Counted from the stretch's first letter, positions 1-11,629 are shown. The stretch is 64,000 bases of DNA from Octopus vulgaris (GCA_951406725.2 OX597820.1:31682001-31746000); one strand, 5' to 3'. Program-made: numbers and translations. Notes: a model not told the origin generated them from the letters alone.

Positions 1-230
1 TTTATTGTTGAGGCCCAGATCATCTCTGATCAAGTTGGTGAAAGATGAAAACTTTCCAGCCGTGACCATACCATTTAATTATCAGACGTAGTATAGCATT
101 TAGGACTTACGATACCCAACTTATTCTTTTCTCCCATTTTTTTTTAAAGACGATATTACGTATTTGAGGGATATAAATGCTGCTATTATTAGAAGTTTAT
201 GCGACTCAAAATCTCGAAATTATTATTATT

Positions 231-530
231 CTGGTCATTGCCTGGAATCGAACTCGGAATCTTGGGGTTAGTAGTCCACGTTCTTAACCACTACGTCATA
301 TGCCCCTGGTTAAGAGTATGGGCTACTAACTCCAAGCTTCCGAGTTCGATTCCAGGCAGTGACCTGAATAATAATAATAACATCGAAAAATACTTTAGGA
401 ATAGAAAACCCAAGTTCGAAATTTCCCCAAGACACCTGATGAAGGCTGGAGGGTATATCAGCCGAAATGTTGTGTTAACAACAAACAAGATGAGGACAAA
501 TATCTGTCAAATGTAAATAATGAAAATAAT
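231..530 (+). mobile_element. tRNA-headed short element with hammerhead motif, plus inverted 5' twin
   Basis: 233-306 on the minus strand reads GGGGCATATGACGTAGTGGTTAAG...GAGTTCGATTCC (A-box/B-box-like). 307-365 is the same head on the plus strand and continues to an HHR fold at 431-476. Confidence 0.7.
431..476 (+). ncRNA. Minimal type I hammerhead ribozyme motif
   Basis: GACAC-CTGATGA-A-GGCTG(gagggtatat)CAGCC-GAAA-TGTT-GTGTT: stem I GACAC/GTGTT, stem II GGCTG/CAGCC, intact core boxes. Confidence 0.7.
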
Positions 531-545
531 GTATAACTTTAAAAG

Positions 546-937
546 CTTACTCTTTTACTTGTTTCAGTCATTTGACTGTGGCCATGCTGGAGCACCGCCT
601 TTAGCCAAGTAAATCGACCCCAGGACTTATTCTTTGTAAGCCTAGTATTTATTCTATCGGTCTCGTTTTGCCGAACTGCTAAGTTACGGGAACGGAAACA
701 CACCAGCATCGGTTGTCAAGCGATATTGGGAGGACAAACGCAGACACACAAATATATATATATATATATATATATGACGGGCTTCTTTCAGTTTCCGTCT
801 ACCAAATCCACTCACAAGGCTTTGGTCGGCCCGTGGCTATAGTAGAAGACACTTGCCCAAGCGTCACGCAGTGGGACTGAACCCGGAACAATGTGGTTCG
901 TAAGCAAGCTACTTACCACACAGTCACTCCTACGCCT
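546..937 (-). mobile_element. tRNA-derived SINE, family A
   Basis: Head AGGCGTAGGAGTGACTGTGTGGTAAG...GGGTTCAGTCCC, internal (TA)n, tail GGTGCTCCAGCATGGCCACAGTCAAATGACTGAAACAAGTAAAAGAG. Six further copies occur in the window. Confidence 0.9.
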
Positions 938-1022
938 AAATTCTTTATCATTAATTTATGAGCAGAAATAAATGCGACTTTCGTCACCAACATGCAAAGC
1001 TCCAACAGGACTATATTTTTTG

Positions 1023-1205
1023 AGAGGCGGCAAGATAATAGAATCATCAGGACACCGACCGTAATGCTTAGCGGCATTTCGTCCGTTTTTACATTCTGAG
1101 TTCAAATTCCGCAGAGGTGGACTTTGCCTTTCATTCTTTCGGCGTTGATAAATTAAGTACCACTGAAACACAGCGGTCGATGTAATCGACTGGTTCCCTC
1201 CTCCA
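1023..1205 (+). mobile_element. tRNA-derived SINE, family B
   Basis: B-box-like GAGTTCAAATTCC followed by GCCTTTCATTCTTTCGGCGTTGATAAATTAAGTACC core. A similar decayed copy lies at 63685-63895. Confidence 0.7.
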
Positions 1206-1220
1206 GGTCTTGTACAAGGA

Positions 1221-1223
1221 TTA

Positions 1224-1282
<59 letters not shown>

Positions 1283-1307
1283 GTTATTATTATCATTATT
1301 ATTATTA

Positions 1308-1399
<92 letters not shown>

Positions 1400-1511
1400 T
1401 TATGTTTGAATTTTTGCTTTACCTTTTGTACAAGTTGGCTCCAAGTTTCTCTTGATGTCTCTGAAACTTGGAGTCAACTTGTACAAAGGTAAAGCAAAAA
1501 TTCAAACATAA

Positions 1512-1552
<41 letters not shown>

Positions 1553-1578
1553 TAATAATGATAATAATAATAATAATG

Positions 1579-1628
<50 letters not shown>
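1221..1628. repeat. (TTA)n and (TAA)n tracts joined by two head-to-head 3' ends of an R4/Dong-type element
   Basis: 1398-1449 and 1448-1513 are reverse complements of each other and match the 3' terminus of the element at 4113-4170. Confidence 0.85.
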
Positions 1629-2912
1629 CTGAGTTGTAATAAGATGCACCACCCAAAGGCAGACGTAGATCGCCTTTACCTTCCCAGAGCCCAAGGAGGT
1701 CGAGGCCTGATCCAATTTGAACTAGCTTACAAAACAACCACAATTGGACTGGCCAAATATCTCGAAATATCGAATGACTGGATGCTAAAGCTCGTGGAAA
1801 ATCACGAGAGACGAAAGAAGCTTCATTCTATCATCAAGGAAAGCAAAGAATTTGCTATTGATATCGTGCAGGATACCCAAACTAAACAACCCGAGGGAAG
1901 TACGGCAACTATTGTTGCAAAGAAGGTGAAAATGATGGCAATGAAAAAAGCGCACGAGCAATTGGCTGATAGGTGGGAGGAGAAACCTCTGCACGGCAAA
2001 TATGTGACCCGCAGCAAACAAGCTGATGTTGACCAGAAGCAAACCCATCAGTGGCTACGGAGCTCAGGGCTAAAAGCAGAGAGCGAAGGTTTCATCCTGG
2101 CTGCTCAAGACCAAAGCCTATCAACCCGGAACTACCAGGCCAATGTGATGAAAAATGGAGCAGACCCAAAATGCCGATTCTGCAACGACATGATTGAAAC
2201 AGTGGACCACCTAATCTCTGGATGTAAAATCTTAGCACCAGTGGAGTATAAATTAAGACATGACAGAGTTGGCCAATATCTCCACTGGCTAATAAGTCGG
2301 CATTACAATATCAAAACTGCCGACAAGTGGTATAATCACCACCCTGAGGCTGTAACTGAAGGAGAAAATGTAACCATTCTGTGGGACTTTCCAGTACATA
2401 CAGACCGAACCATCAAGGCCAATAAACCAGATATTGTTGTGAAAGACCAAACCAATAAAGTTTGCTTATTGATCGACATGAGCATCCCCTGTGATCATAA
2501 TATCTCAGCGAAAGAGTTTGACAAGCTCAGAAAATATAAAGACCTACTCATTGAAATTGAGAAAATGTGGCATCTCAAGGCGGTTACAATACCAGTGATC
2601 GTAGGAGCACTAGGAATGATCAAGAAGGGAACCGAAAATTATATGAGAATGATCCCTGGCTTACCATCCCTGCAAGAAGTGCAAAAGATTGTCTTAACTG
2701 GTACATCACACGTATTGAGAAGAGCATTGTCGATGTGAGAACTGTTGCTGCTCATGCATTTTAATTTAACTTTAAAAAAAAAAAAAAAAACATGAACGAA
2801 GTACTGAGTTTGGTTTAATGGCCTACCAATATACACTATGAGTTTCTTTGCCCTAGGAGTCGGGAAGACACTCGGCAAGAAATGGAAGAAAATTTGAAAG
2901 AAGAAAAAAAAA
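1628..2912 (+). mobile_element. 5'-truncated R4/Dong-clade RLE non-LTR retrotransposon in (TAA)n
   Basis: Contains ORF 1644-2738 and a 3' UTR; (TAA)n directly flanks both ends. Confidence 0.9.
1644..2738 (+). CDS. C-terminal part of RLE retrotransposon protein (thumb, CCHC knuckle, PD-(D/E)xK endonuclease)
   Basis: LYLPRAQGGRGL, CRFC...ETVDHLISGC, RHD, KPDIVV...LIDMSIP...KLRKYKDL, IPVIVGALG. Confidence 0.9.
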   Translation: MHHPKADVDRLYLPRAQGGRGLIQFELAYKTTTIGLAKYLEISNDWMLKLVENHERRKKLHSIIKESKEFAIDIVQDTQTKQPEGSTATIVAKKVKMMAMKKAHEQLADRWEEKPLHGKYVTRSKQADVDQKQTHQWLRSSGLKAESEGFILAAQDQSLSTRNYQANVMKNGADPKCRFCNDMIETVDHLISGCKILAPVEYKLRHDRVGQYLHWLISRHYNIKTADKWYNHHPEAVTEGENVTILWDFPVHTDRTIKANKPDIVVKDQTNKVCLLIDMSIPCDHNISAKEFDKLRKYKDLLIEIEKMWHLKAVTIPVIVGALGMIKKGTENYMRMIPGLPSLQEVQKIVLTGTSHVLRRALSM

Positions 2913-2947
<35 letters not shown>

Positions 2948-2980
2948 TTATTCTTTTTATATAAAAATATAAAAAGAATA

Positions 2981-3043
<63 letters not shown>

Positions 3044-3048
3044 CATTA

Positions 3049-3263
3049 TTCAGTAGTTTTATTTTTATTTTTATTTTCACTTCAATACTGAGCACAGCTG
3101 TGTGTGCCTTGGGTATGTGCTGTGGTTTGTTGTGATGCCCTTATGGTTATTGTATGGAAAGTGTTCTGCGTAGGATGTGTGCAGTGCCTAGTAGTGCAAT
3201 TTTCTGTATGTTATATGTGTTTGTAAGTCCTGGTGTTTTTGTTATGTATTTGTCTGAATATTT
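3049..3263 (-). mobile_element. 3' fragment of a second R4/Dong-type family
   Basis: KYSDKYITKTPGLTNTYNIQKIALLGTAHILRRTLSIQ* is homologous to the C-terminus of 1644-2738; the tail runs into (TAA)n. Confidence 0.8.
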
Positions 3264-3284
3264 TCTTATTATTATTATTATTAT

Positions 3285-3897
3285 TCTATGTTTGACTTTT
3301 GCTTTATATTTGTACAAGTTGGCTCCAAGTCTCACCCAGAGACCTCAAGAGACAACAGGGTTGGAAGTTCATGTTGTTGTTATGCCTAGTGTGCCATATA
3401 TTTGGTGGGGATGTTGTACTAATGAATGTCTAAAAAAAAAAAAAAAAAAAGTTTTTTTTCTTGTTTTTTTTTACCGAAAATTATGTTTGTTTTAAACCTT
3501 GAGATTACATAGAGAGTATTTTGCGTAGGATATGAGCAGTTCCCATGAGCACTATCTTTTGAACTTCTGCCATTTTTGGGTTTCCTGGTATCTGAGTTAG
3601 GTAGCTATCAGCCCCTTTTGCTATCATTCCCAGGGCACCTATGACAACAGGTATTGTTTTAGTCTTCAGCTTCCACATTTTGCTGATCTCTATTTCAAGA
3701 TCTTTATATTTGCTCAGTTTTTGGTAGGTCTTGACAGATACGTTTATATCGATTGGGACAGTCATATCAATGAGGAGGCATGTTCTTTGTTTGAAGTTTT
3801 TCAATATGATGTCTGGCCTATTTGCATCTATCTTCCTGTCAGTTTGAATGGTGAAGTTCCAGAGGAGTGAGATGTGGTCATTTTCAAGCACTGGGGG

Positions 3898-3898
<1 letters not shown>
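3285..3898 (-). mobile_element. 3' fragment of a third R4/Dong-type family
   Basis: LLWNFTIQTDRKIDANRPDIILK...LIDMTVP...KLSKYKDL...IPVVIGALG...TAHILRKILSM* plus 3' UTR; (TAA)n on both sides. Confidence 0.9.
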
Positions 3899-3969
<71 letters not shown>

Positions 3970-3972
3970 GTT

Positions 3973-4742
<770 letters not shown>

Positions 4743-4761
4743 CGTGGCCAATAAAGAAACA

Positions 4762-4884
<123 letters not shown>

Positions 4885-4898
4885 GTCTGTCTCTCTAT

Positions 4899-4975
<77 letters not shown>

Positions 4976-4977
<2 letters not shown>

Positions 4978-5482
4978 GAGCAGGAGATGCAGTAAATAAC
5001 ATTACTAGAGGTGCAGGGAAAGGAGTGGGTGACATGATAGGGACGGTGATGAGTGCCAGTGAGGATGGTGGTGTTGGAAAGGTAGGAGCAGGTGCGACAG
5101 CGTGGGTGGGAGCAGCGGAAGGAGGCAGGCTGGGAGGCAGGCGCAGGGAGGAAACTGTGGACCAGAAGGTTACGCAGGTTATGGGCTCGTTTGAAGGAAG
5201 GAAGGTGTAGGTTAACGAAGATTTGCGAGGTGGAGGGGTCGGACTGGAGTCGCAGGAAGGCTCGGAGAATGGTGTGTTGGCGGGATGGTAGGCGAGGGGA
5301 AACGGGAGAGGTCAGGGGGCGGGGGCGAGGAGAAAGAGCAGAGGCACGCTCCACAGATCGTGCCCTAGCAAGGGCAATGTGGATAATGGTCGTCACTGCA
5401 GAGTCTGCGTAGAAGGAGAAATTGAGAGATGGCGATGGAGAAATTGGTGTGGTTAGGGTGGGAGGTAAAGTTAAGGTAGGAA
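4976..5482 (-). pseudogene. Decayed Neptune-type PLE fragment (thumb/Cys linker/start of GIY-YIG)
   Basis: ALARARSVERASALSP...[16 protein letters not shown]...CSHPRCRTC...[13 protein letters not shown] matches the 24549-26930 ORF. Confidence 0.9.
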
Positions 5483-5557
5483 GATAATTATGTAGCCGGC
5501 CAAAGAGTGACCAATAGTTTCGCATCCGTAAAGCTCTTAGCCTTATATATAACTTGT

Positions 5558-6842
5558 GGCGGAGGTAAAGGACATGGACCGCACCCACTTTCGGGTTTTT
5601 TTAAATTATTATAGAAACCCGCTTTTCCGACTGCGGAGATTCCGAATCTGCTGCTGCTGCAAAAAAAAAAAAAATCGGCATTTCAAAATTTTTATCCCCC
5701 CCACCCCACGCCACAATTTTTTTTTACTTCTTTTAGAATATTTTGGGTAAGATACATACAAAAATGCTGAGATTATGATTCTGGAAAAAAAATTTTGTCA
5801 AATTTCAATTTTTTAAAAATAAATAAATAAATAGATAAATAAACACCCCTCCCCTCCGCCGGCGCATCTGTGACAGAAAGTGAACATGTTGTGGTCGATG
5901 GTCGGGGTGTTTATCTATTTATTTATTTATTTATGTAAAAATTAGTCTTTTGCACACACACGACAACAAAATTACATTTTAAATAATTTATTCTTTTTTG
6001 GTAATTCGTATTTAGAAAGTGGATCTTCGGTTTGGCTGTTGTTTCTAGCTTGTCGGACTTTCCGGTTGGAACGTACTTAAAAATTGAAGATTTTGAAAAC
6101 CCCCAAAACACGTTTTCAAAATTTTAATTTTCCCCCTCTTCACCCCTCTGGTAAAGAAAAAAATAGGGGTGAGGGAAATTAAAATTTTGAAAAGGTGATT
6201 CGTCGTTTAGCTGGTGTTTCTAGCATGTCGAGTTTCTGTTTAGATACTTTTTACGTCTGCTATTTTAGTAGGAGGGGAAGGGTGTGGTTGAGGCGGGGGC
6301 TTAAAATTTTGAAATGCCGATTTGTTTTTTGCAGATTCGGAATCTCCGCAGCCGAAAAGGTGGGTTTCTTTCTTTACTTTCTTTCTTTATCTAGTGTCAG
6401 CTCACGAGCTGCGGCCATGCTGGGGCACCGTCATTTGGTATTGTTACATGATTTCACTTCACGAATGCTTTTTAGCAATTGACACTTGGTGCATGAGAGA
6501 GTTTGATGCAACTGCCCTCATCTGCACCTCCTGCCGCGAAGTTGGTTCATCTGGGACACCTGACAGGAAGAGATCCAGCTTTATTTTGAAGACACCTACA
6601 TCCATCCCCTTCAGGTCTCTCAGGTCCTTCGGGAGGATATTGAAGAGCTGTGGACCTCTGAAGCCCAGGCTATCACAGTATCTTGTCCTACATCTTGATG
6701 GCAAATTTGGAGTCCTTGTCACTATGCAGTGGTGCCCAGTTCTAGTATTTGTGTAACTCTCGATGCCAGGATCTTACAGATGTATATTATGGCATAAAAA
6801 AAAATTCGAAAGGGGTTGCAGTCCATGTCCTTTACCTCCGCC
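5558..6842. mobile_element. Non-autonomous TIR DNA element (MITE-like)
   Basis: TIRs GGCGGAGGTAAAGGACATGGAC (5558) and GTCCATGTCCTTTACCTCCGCC (ends 6842); subterminal inverted match 5618-5652/6331-6364; flanks taacttgt/caacttct share AACTT. Confidence 0.85.
6385..6768 (-). mobile_element. CR1/L2-group LINE 3' fragment nested in the TIR element
   Basis: RYCDSLGFRGPQLFNILPKDLRD...FKIKLDLFLSGVPDEP...SNSL, homologous to the C-terminus of 30901-33915; tail GGTGCCCCAGCATGGCCGCAGC. Confidence 0.85.
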
Positions 6843-7069
6843 CAACTTCTCAGAGTTCGTTGCCATGGCAGTCTGACAAGTCGTTTATATAGCTAAGTGC
6901 GCTTTATGAGTGCAAAACTATTAATCACTCTATGGCCGGCCATATAATTAACTTCTTGTAAATAAATACATTACTGCTCTAGCGTTTAGAGCGTGCTTCT
7001 TTTACAGATATATGATCCATTGACAATATTTGTCTGTATATATATATATATATATGTATGTATGTGTAA

Positions 7070-7129
<60 letters not shown>

Positions 7130-7147
7130 ATATATATATATATACAC

Positions 7148-7303
7148 ATATAAGAATTTTTTGCGTAATAAGATAAAAAACCAAGGCTGTATAGATATTA
7201 GAGCATTTATAGATAGATAACTGTAAAACCTTTTATCTATAAATGCTCTAGTATCTATACAGCCTTGGTTTTTTTTATCTTATTGCGCAAAAAATTCTTA
7301 TAT
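7148..7303. repeat. Long imperfect palindrome (about 68-bp arms) next to (TA)n
   Basis: ATATAAGAATTTTTTGCG...GAGCATTTATAGATA is mirrored at 7235-7303 around a loop of about 18 nt. Confidence 0.9.
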
Positions 7304-7436
7304 ACACATGCTGACATAAAACCAGCGTTGAACCCTTTATTCCCAATATTACAGAATCTGGAACTTAACTATGGTCTGTCTATAGCATTTATTCAGCATT
7401 ACCTGACACATTTGGGTCTCAATGACACCATTACCT

Positions 7437-7488
<52 letters not shown>

Positions 7489-7518
7489 CACACATATACA
7501 CATACATACATGCATACA

Positions 7519-8295
7519 AGACTACTACATCACACTTTGAAGGCTATACGTTTGTAATCCAGGAACAGGAGATTGCCACTTAGTACCGGGTAAACAAGAG
7601 AGACAGTGACGCTCTTATAATCCCAAAGTGCAACCGTATGTGTAGGCTAAGTCATATTTCTAAACTCTCGTCACGGTTCTACCTCTCTTTGCGGCACGAT
7701 GTTGTTGCTAAAACAATTTACAATGCCATCCGCAAAAATGACTGTCCTGAAATAAACTTAGAAAAATCCTCTGTTATGGAATACATTCATAAACACCAAC
7801 CCAAGGAATACTGGTGGAATGTTTCCAACCAAACCTTTGTCAAATGTAAACATAACAGTCCGGATATTGTAGTTTGGGACAGAGGGGCAAAGGTATGTAC
7901 CATCAGAGAGGTCAGCTGCCCTTCAGATATAAATATCTCTTTGGTAATCAAAGAGAAAGAGGATATCTACGGACAACTGCTTCAAAACCTACAGCTTCTA
8001 TACCCAGACCATGAATTCATATTCATACCAATGATAATTGGAGCACTAGGTTTTGTTAGCAAATGCTTAAAGGAGAATCTGGATAAACGGGGATTTTCAG
8101 GAAGAGATATCGACCGATAATAAGTACATTATAAGTGCAATCTGTGAGTGGAACAATAAAAATATGCAAGACCTTTCTCAGGTTCCAAATGTGAAGTTGT
8201 CTGTGTTAACTATATCCCAAAGATGGAGCCCTGTATCTTTGTTGAAAACCGGCTCCCTCCTCAGTGGAATATTTATAAGTAAAAAATAGAAAAGA
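7519..8295 (+). pseudogene. Decayed 3' part of a distinct R4-type RLE retrotransposon
   Basis: LRHDVVAK...YWWN...SPDIVVWD...EVSCPSD...KEDIYG...IPMIIGALG; in-frame stops; 3' UTR ends in (TA)n. Confidence 0.8.
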
Positions 8296-8422
8296 CATAT
8301 ATATATATATATATATGTATATTATTTAATAAACACAATATATATATTTATATATATCAGATGGAGTACTTTTTTGATGATCTTTCTATCACGGAACAGT
8401 GCATACACACACGCACGCACAT

Positions 8423-8518
<96 letters not shown>

Positions 8519-8967
8519 CCGAAGTTCAAATGCTAGTGAAATTAACATTATGTACCAGCGGTTTGTGGAGATAAGATTGTTACCAAGCTGATGTGGTGGT
8601 TGATTTAAACCACTTTGTATTTCCTCAGTGAAACTGGTAATCTTGTCTTAAATGTAACAGATTATCAACAAATATGATTACTGTACAGTCAGATAAGAAA
8701 GCATGTTGTTTGTTTCGTTGTTTGTGTTGATCCTTGCATGTGGGCGACATTAAGAGGTCAGCTCACCCTATAAAACTGGAAATAGAGAAAGGTTTGTGCG
8801 TACGTGAGGTCTACTACATTACAAAGGCCCTGGGACACACGTGTATACACATATCTATATCCTTGTGTGAATACATACATACATGCTTACATAAATGCAT
8901 ACATGAATTTAAACATCTATCTATCTATTCGTCGGTCTATCTGTCTGTCTGCTTGCCTGTCTATCTG

Positions 8968-9053
<86 letters not shown>

Positions 9054-9059
9054 ATAAGA

Positions 9060-9685
9060 GTTTTTGAAGTAACAGGTTGACAGTAACTTCGAAATAGATT
9101 GCAAACTGAAAAATTAATACGTTCAAAATGGACAAAACCTTTCATTTCCCACCAAACATATAACAACACCTTACGTGGGTGAAGGCCTTCATTAGCCTGG
9201 GGTGCCGCTGTTTCTTCTTTCCCCACTCACTGTCTTCGGCGCTTGATATTTTTATAGAGAACCCATTTCTCGTCACCAGTCAGTATTCGGTCCGAAAAAG
9301 GTTCATTCGTAAGACGTGACAACAAAAAATAGCACGCATTCTCTCTGCGTGCGATTAGATTCGGAACGTTGGTGAGGAACCTATTGACCCAACTTGCTGA
9401 CTTTTCCGATGGTACGCAGGTGTCGGTGAATGGTTCAATGACCAAATCCAAGCTTCTCTGCTAGTTCCTCAACAGTTGCTTCACTAGGGTTTGCAAGACA
9501 TCCTCGTCGAGCTCTACAGATCTTCCATGACGAGGTTCGGAATTTCTGGAACCACCGTTGACACTGACTTACGCTTATTGTCCGATCCCCATATACTGCA
9601 TTAATATTTCTCGCACTTTCCGCTGCGTTGTTGTCTTTATTGAACTCATATAGCAAAATATGCCGGATACGCTCTTTGTCACCTC
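9060..9685 (-). pseudogene. Mariner transposase remnant
   Basis: RIRHILLYEF...AAESARNINAVYG...CQRWFQKFR, TVEELAEKL, RILTGDEKWVLY and LHPRKVLLYVWW across frameshifts. Confidence 0.9.
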
Positions 9686-9689
9686 TATT

Positions 9690-9913
9690 ATAGACTTGCA
9701 TGGTGTAGATGTAAGTGTCTTTAAAACCAAACTGGATCTCTTCCTCTCAAGGGTTCCAGACGATCTTACCTCGCGGCAGGAAACACAGATGAGGACAGCA
9801 GCATCAAACTCACACATTGACCAAATGTCACATATCAGTGGGGGTTTCAAATAATGGTGTAGCTCAGTCAACGGTGGTGCTCCAGCGTGACCGCAGCTTT
9901 GAAGCTGAAGCAT
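9690..9913 (+). mobile_element. CR1/L2-group LINE 3' fragment
   Basis: DLHGVDVSVFKTKLDLFLSRVPD...AASNS; tail GGTGGTGCTCCAGCGTGACCGCAGC; similar to 6385-6768. Confidence 0.8.
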
Positions 9914-10005
9914 TTTAAAAATAGTTTATCAGTAGACCCAATTTATATATGGATGTAAATTTTTGCATTTCAAGTATATAGAAAGACATATATTATAAAG
10001 ATTAA

Positions 10006-10532
10006 CACTCAAAGAGCGGACATCATCAGTTGATGTTTTAAAAATTTTACATGTATACGGTAATTAAGATGCCCGAGTGGCCGCTTCGTCAAATGTGCCT
10101 TAGCTTAAGCGGCTTTTATTATGGGGAGAAATCATATCCTAAATGGATATGATAAAGTTTTTATGACTTTCCTTCATCATCAGACGAAGCATGTGATGAT
10201 GATGACGACGTTCTAGATAGCAAAAAAGAAAGTGATGCTTCAACTAGTCCTGGATGGAAAAAATGCACCGAATTTTCTCCATTTGTACATTTGTTTGACA
10301 ACAACAAAAAGGGCATCTGAAATGAATTTATGCTCATACCAGAGGCAAAAGACAGTGAATATCTTGCGATAAATAGATCGTCAATTTTATTGGGTGAGAA
10401 ACTAACAATTATTATAGCTTTTGTACTTGAAGTGAAAATAAGAATAAAAATTACCCGGAAGAACAACATATTTTTTGATTTTTGCTCGGTTTAGCGCATA
10501 TATTCATGCAACATTTTCCCGCTGTTTAAGGG
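10006..10532 (+). mobile_element. Internally deleted piggyBac-like element
   Basis: TTAA|CACTCAAAGAGCGG ... CCGCTGTTTAAGGG|TTAC (decayed CCC/GGG TIRs, TTAA-type target); internal acidic reading DFPSSSDEACDDDDD...GWKKC...F...GI. Confidence 0.6.
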
Positions 10533-11178
10533 TTACTAAATGAATTAAAAGTAAATCTCAATAAATGTCAATAGTTGGACAACGAGTTAAACCTTATATT
10601 TTACAATAAAAACATTCTATATAGTTCTCTCAAAGGTTCATGCACATCTATCCAAACGCTCGCTGAATCGAATTTTTCATTTTTCTAGTGTTCGGCTCAT
10701 GTACCTGTTGTTGGTGAATCATCATGCATTTTCTAAGTAATATAAGTGATATACGTTGAATATCATCTACAAGAAGTGAAACCGGTTGTAATTATATAAT
10801 TTAAAATATTTAATTAGGTATCTTTATAAGCATGTTCTTTTGGGAGCTTAATCTATATTGAAATGATTTGAATATCAAAATTATGTACCTTGGCACACGT
10901 AATCTTGAAGTGATTTACTTGTAGCAATGTGTTTCAGATATGATATACTTTGGAAAATGAAATATTGTATTTTGAAATGATTTGATCGTGGTGATCTGTT
11001 TTTCAATAGATATCATTATATTTTAAAGCGATTTAATTTTATTAATATATTTTGGAATTAATTAAAAGCAATATTATATCATTATTTACCCTTATTTTCG
11101 TTTTATTTTCATTCTCTGTATATACGTAAATACATACATTTGTATATATTCACATGTATGCATGTGCGCGAACGCGTA

Positions 11179-11261
<83 letters not shown>

Positions 11262-11515
11262 ATACATATATACACACACATATACCTATACATGCACACT
11301 CTTATGTATATATGTACATATATTCGTGTGTGTAAATGAGCATGCGTTTCTGTATTTGTATATGTATGCCTGTATATATGTACATAAATTGATAATAGAA
11401 GGGTAATATTAATTAATTAAATTAATTAATTAATTAATTAATCAATCAATTAATTAACAAATTTACCAAGTATATCGGTACGTTAAAATAACCTTTATAG
11501 GTAAAATTATCCACA

Positions 11516-11570
11516 TAATTATAATTAGGGTTCAGCTAACGTAGTGAAGCAGTTAGCTGAACCCTAATTA

Positions 11571-11577
<7 letters not shown>
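11516..11577. repeat. Perfect hairpin (about 25-bp arms) abutting (TA)n
   Basis: TAATTATAATTAGGGTTCAGCTAAC / GTTAGCTGAACCCTAATTATAATTA with an 11-nt loop; related sequence at 42455-42600. Confidence 0.85.

Positions 11578-11629
<52 letters not shown>

Noticed and set aside
233-306. Functional tRNA gene
   Set aside because: The acceptor stem does not pair properly and the sequence is part of a duplicated repeat head.
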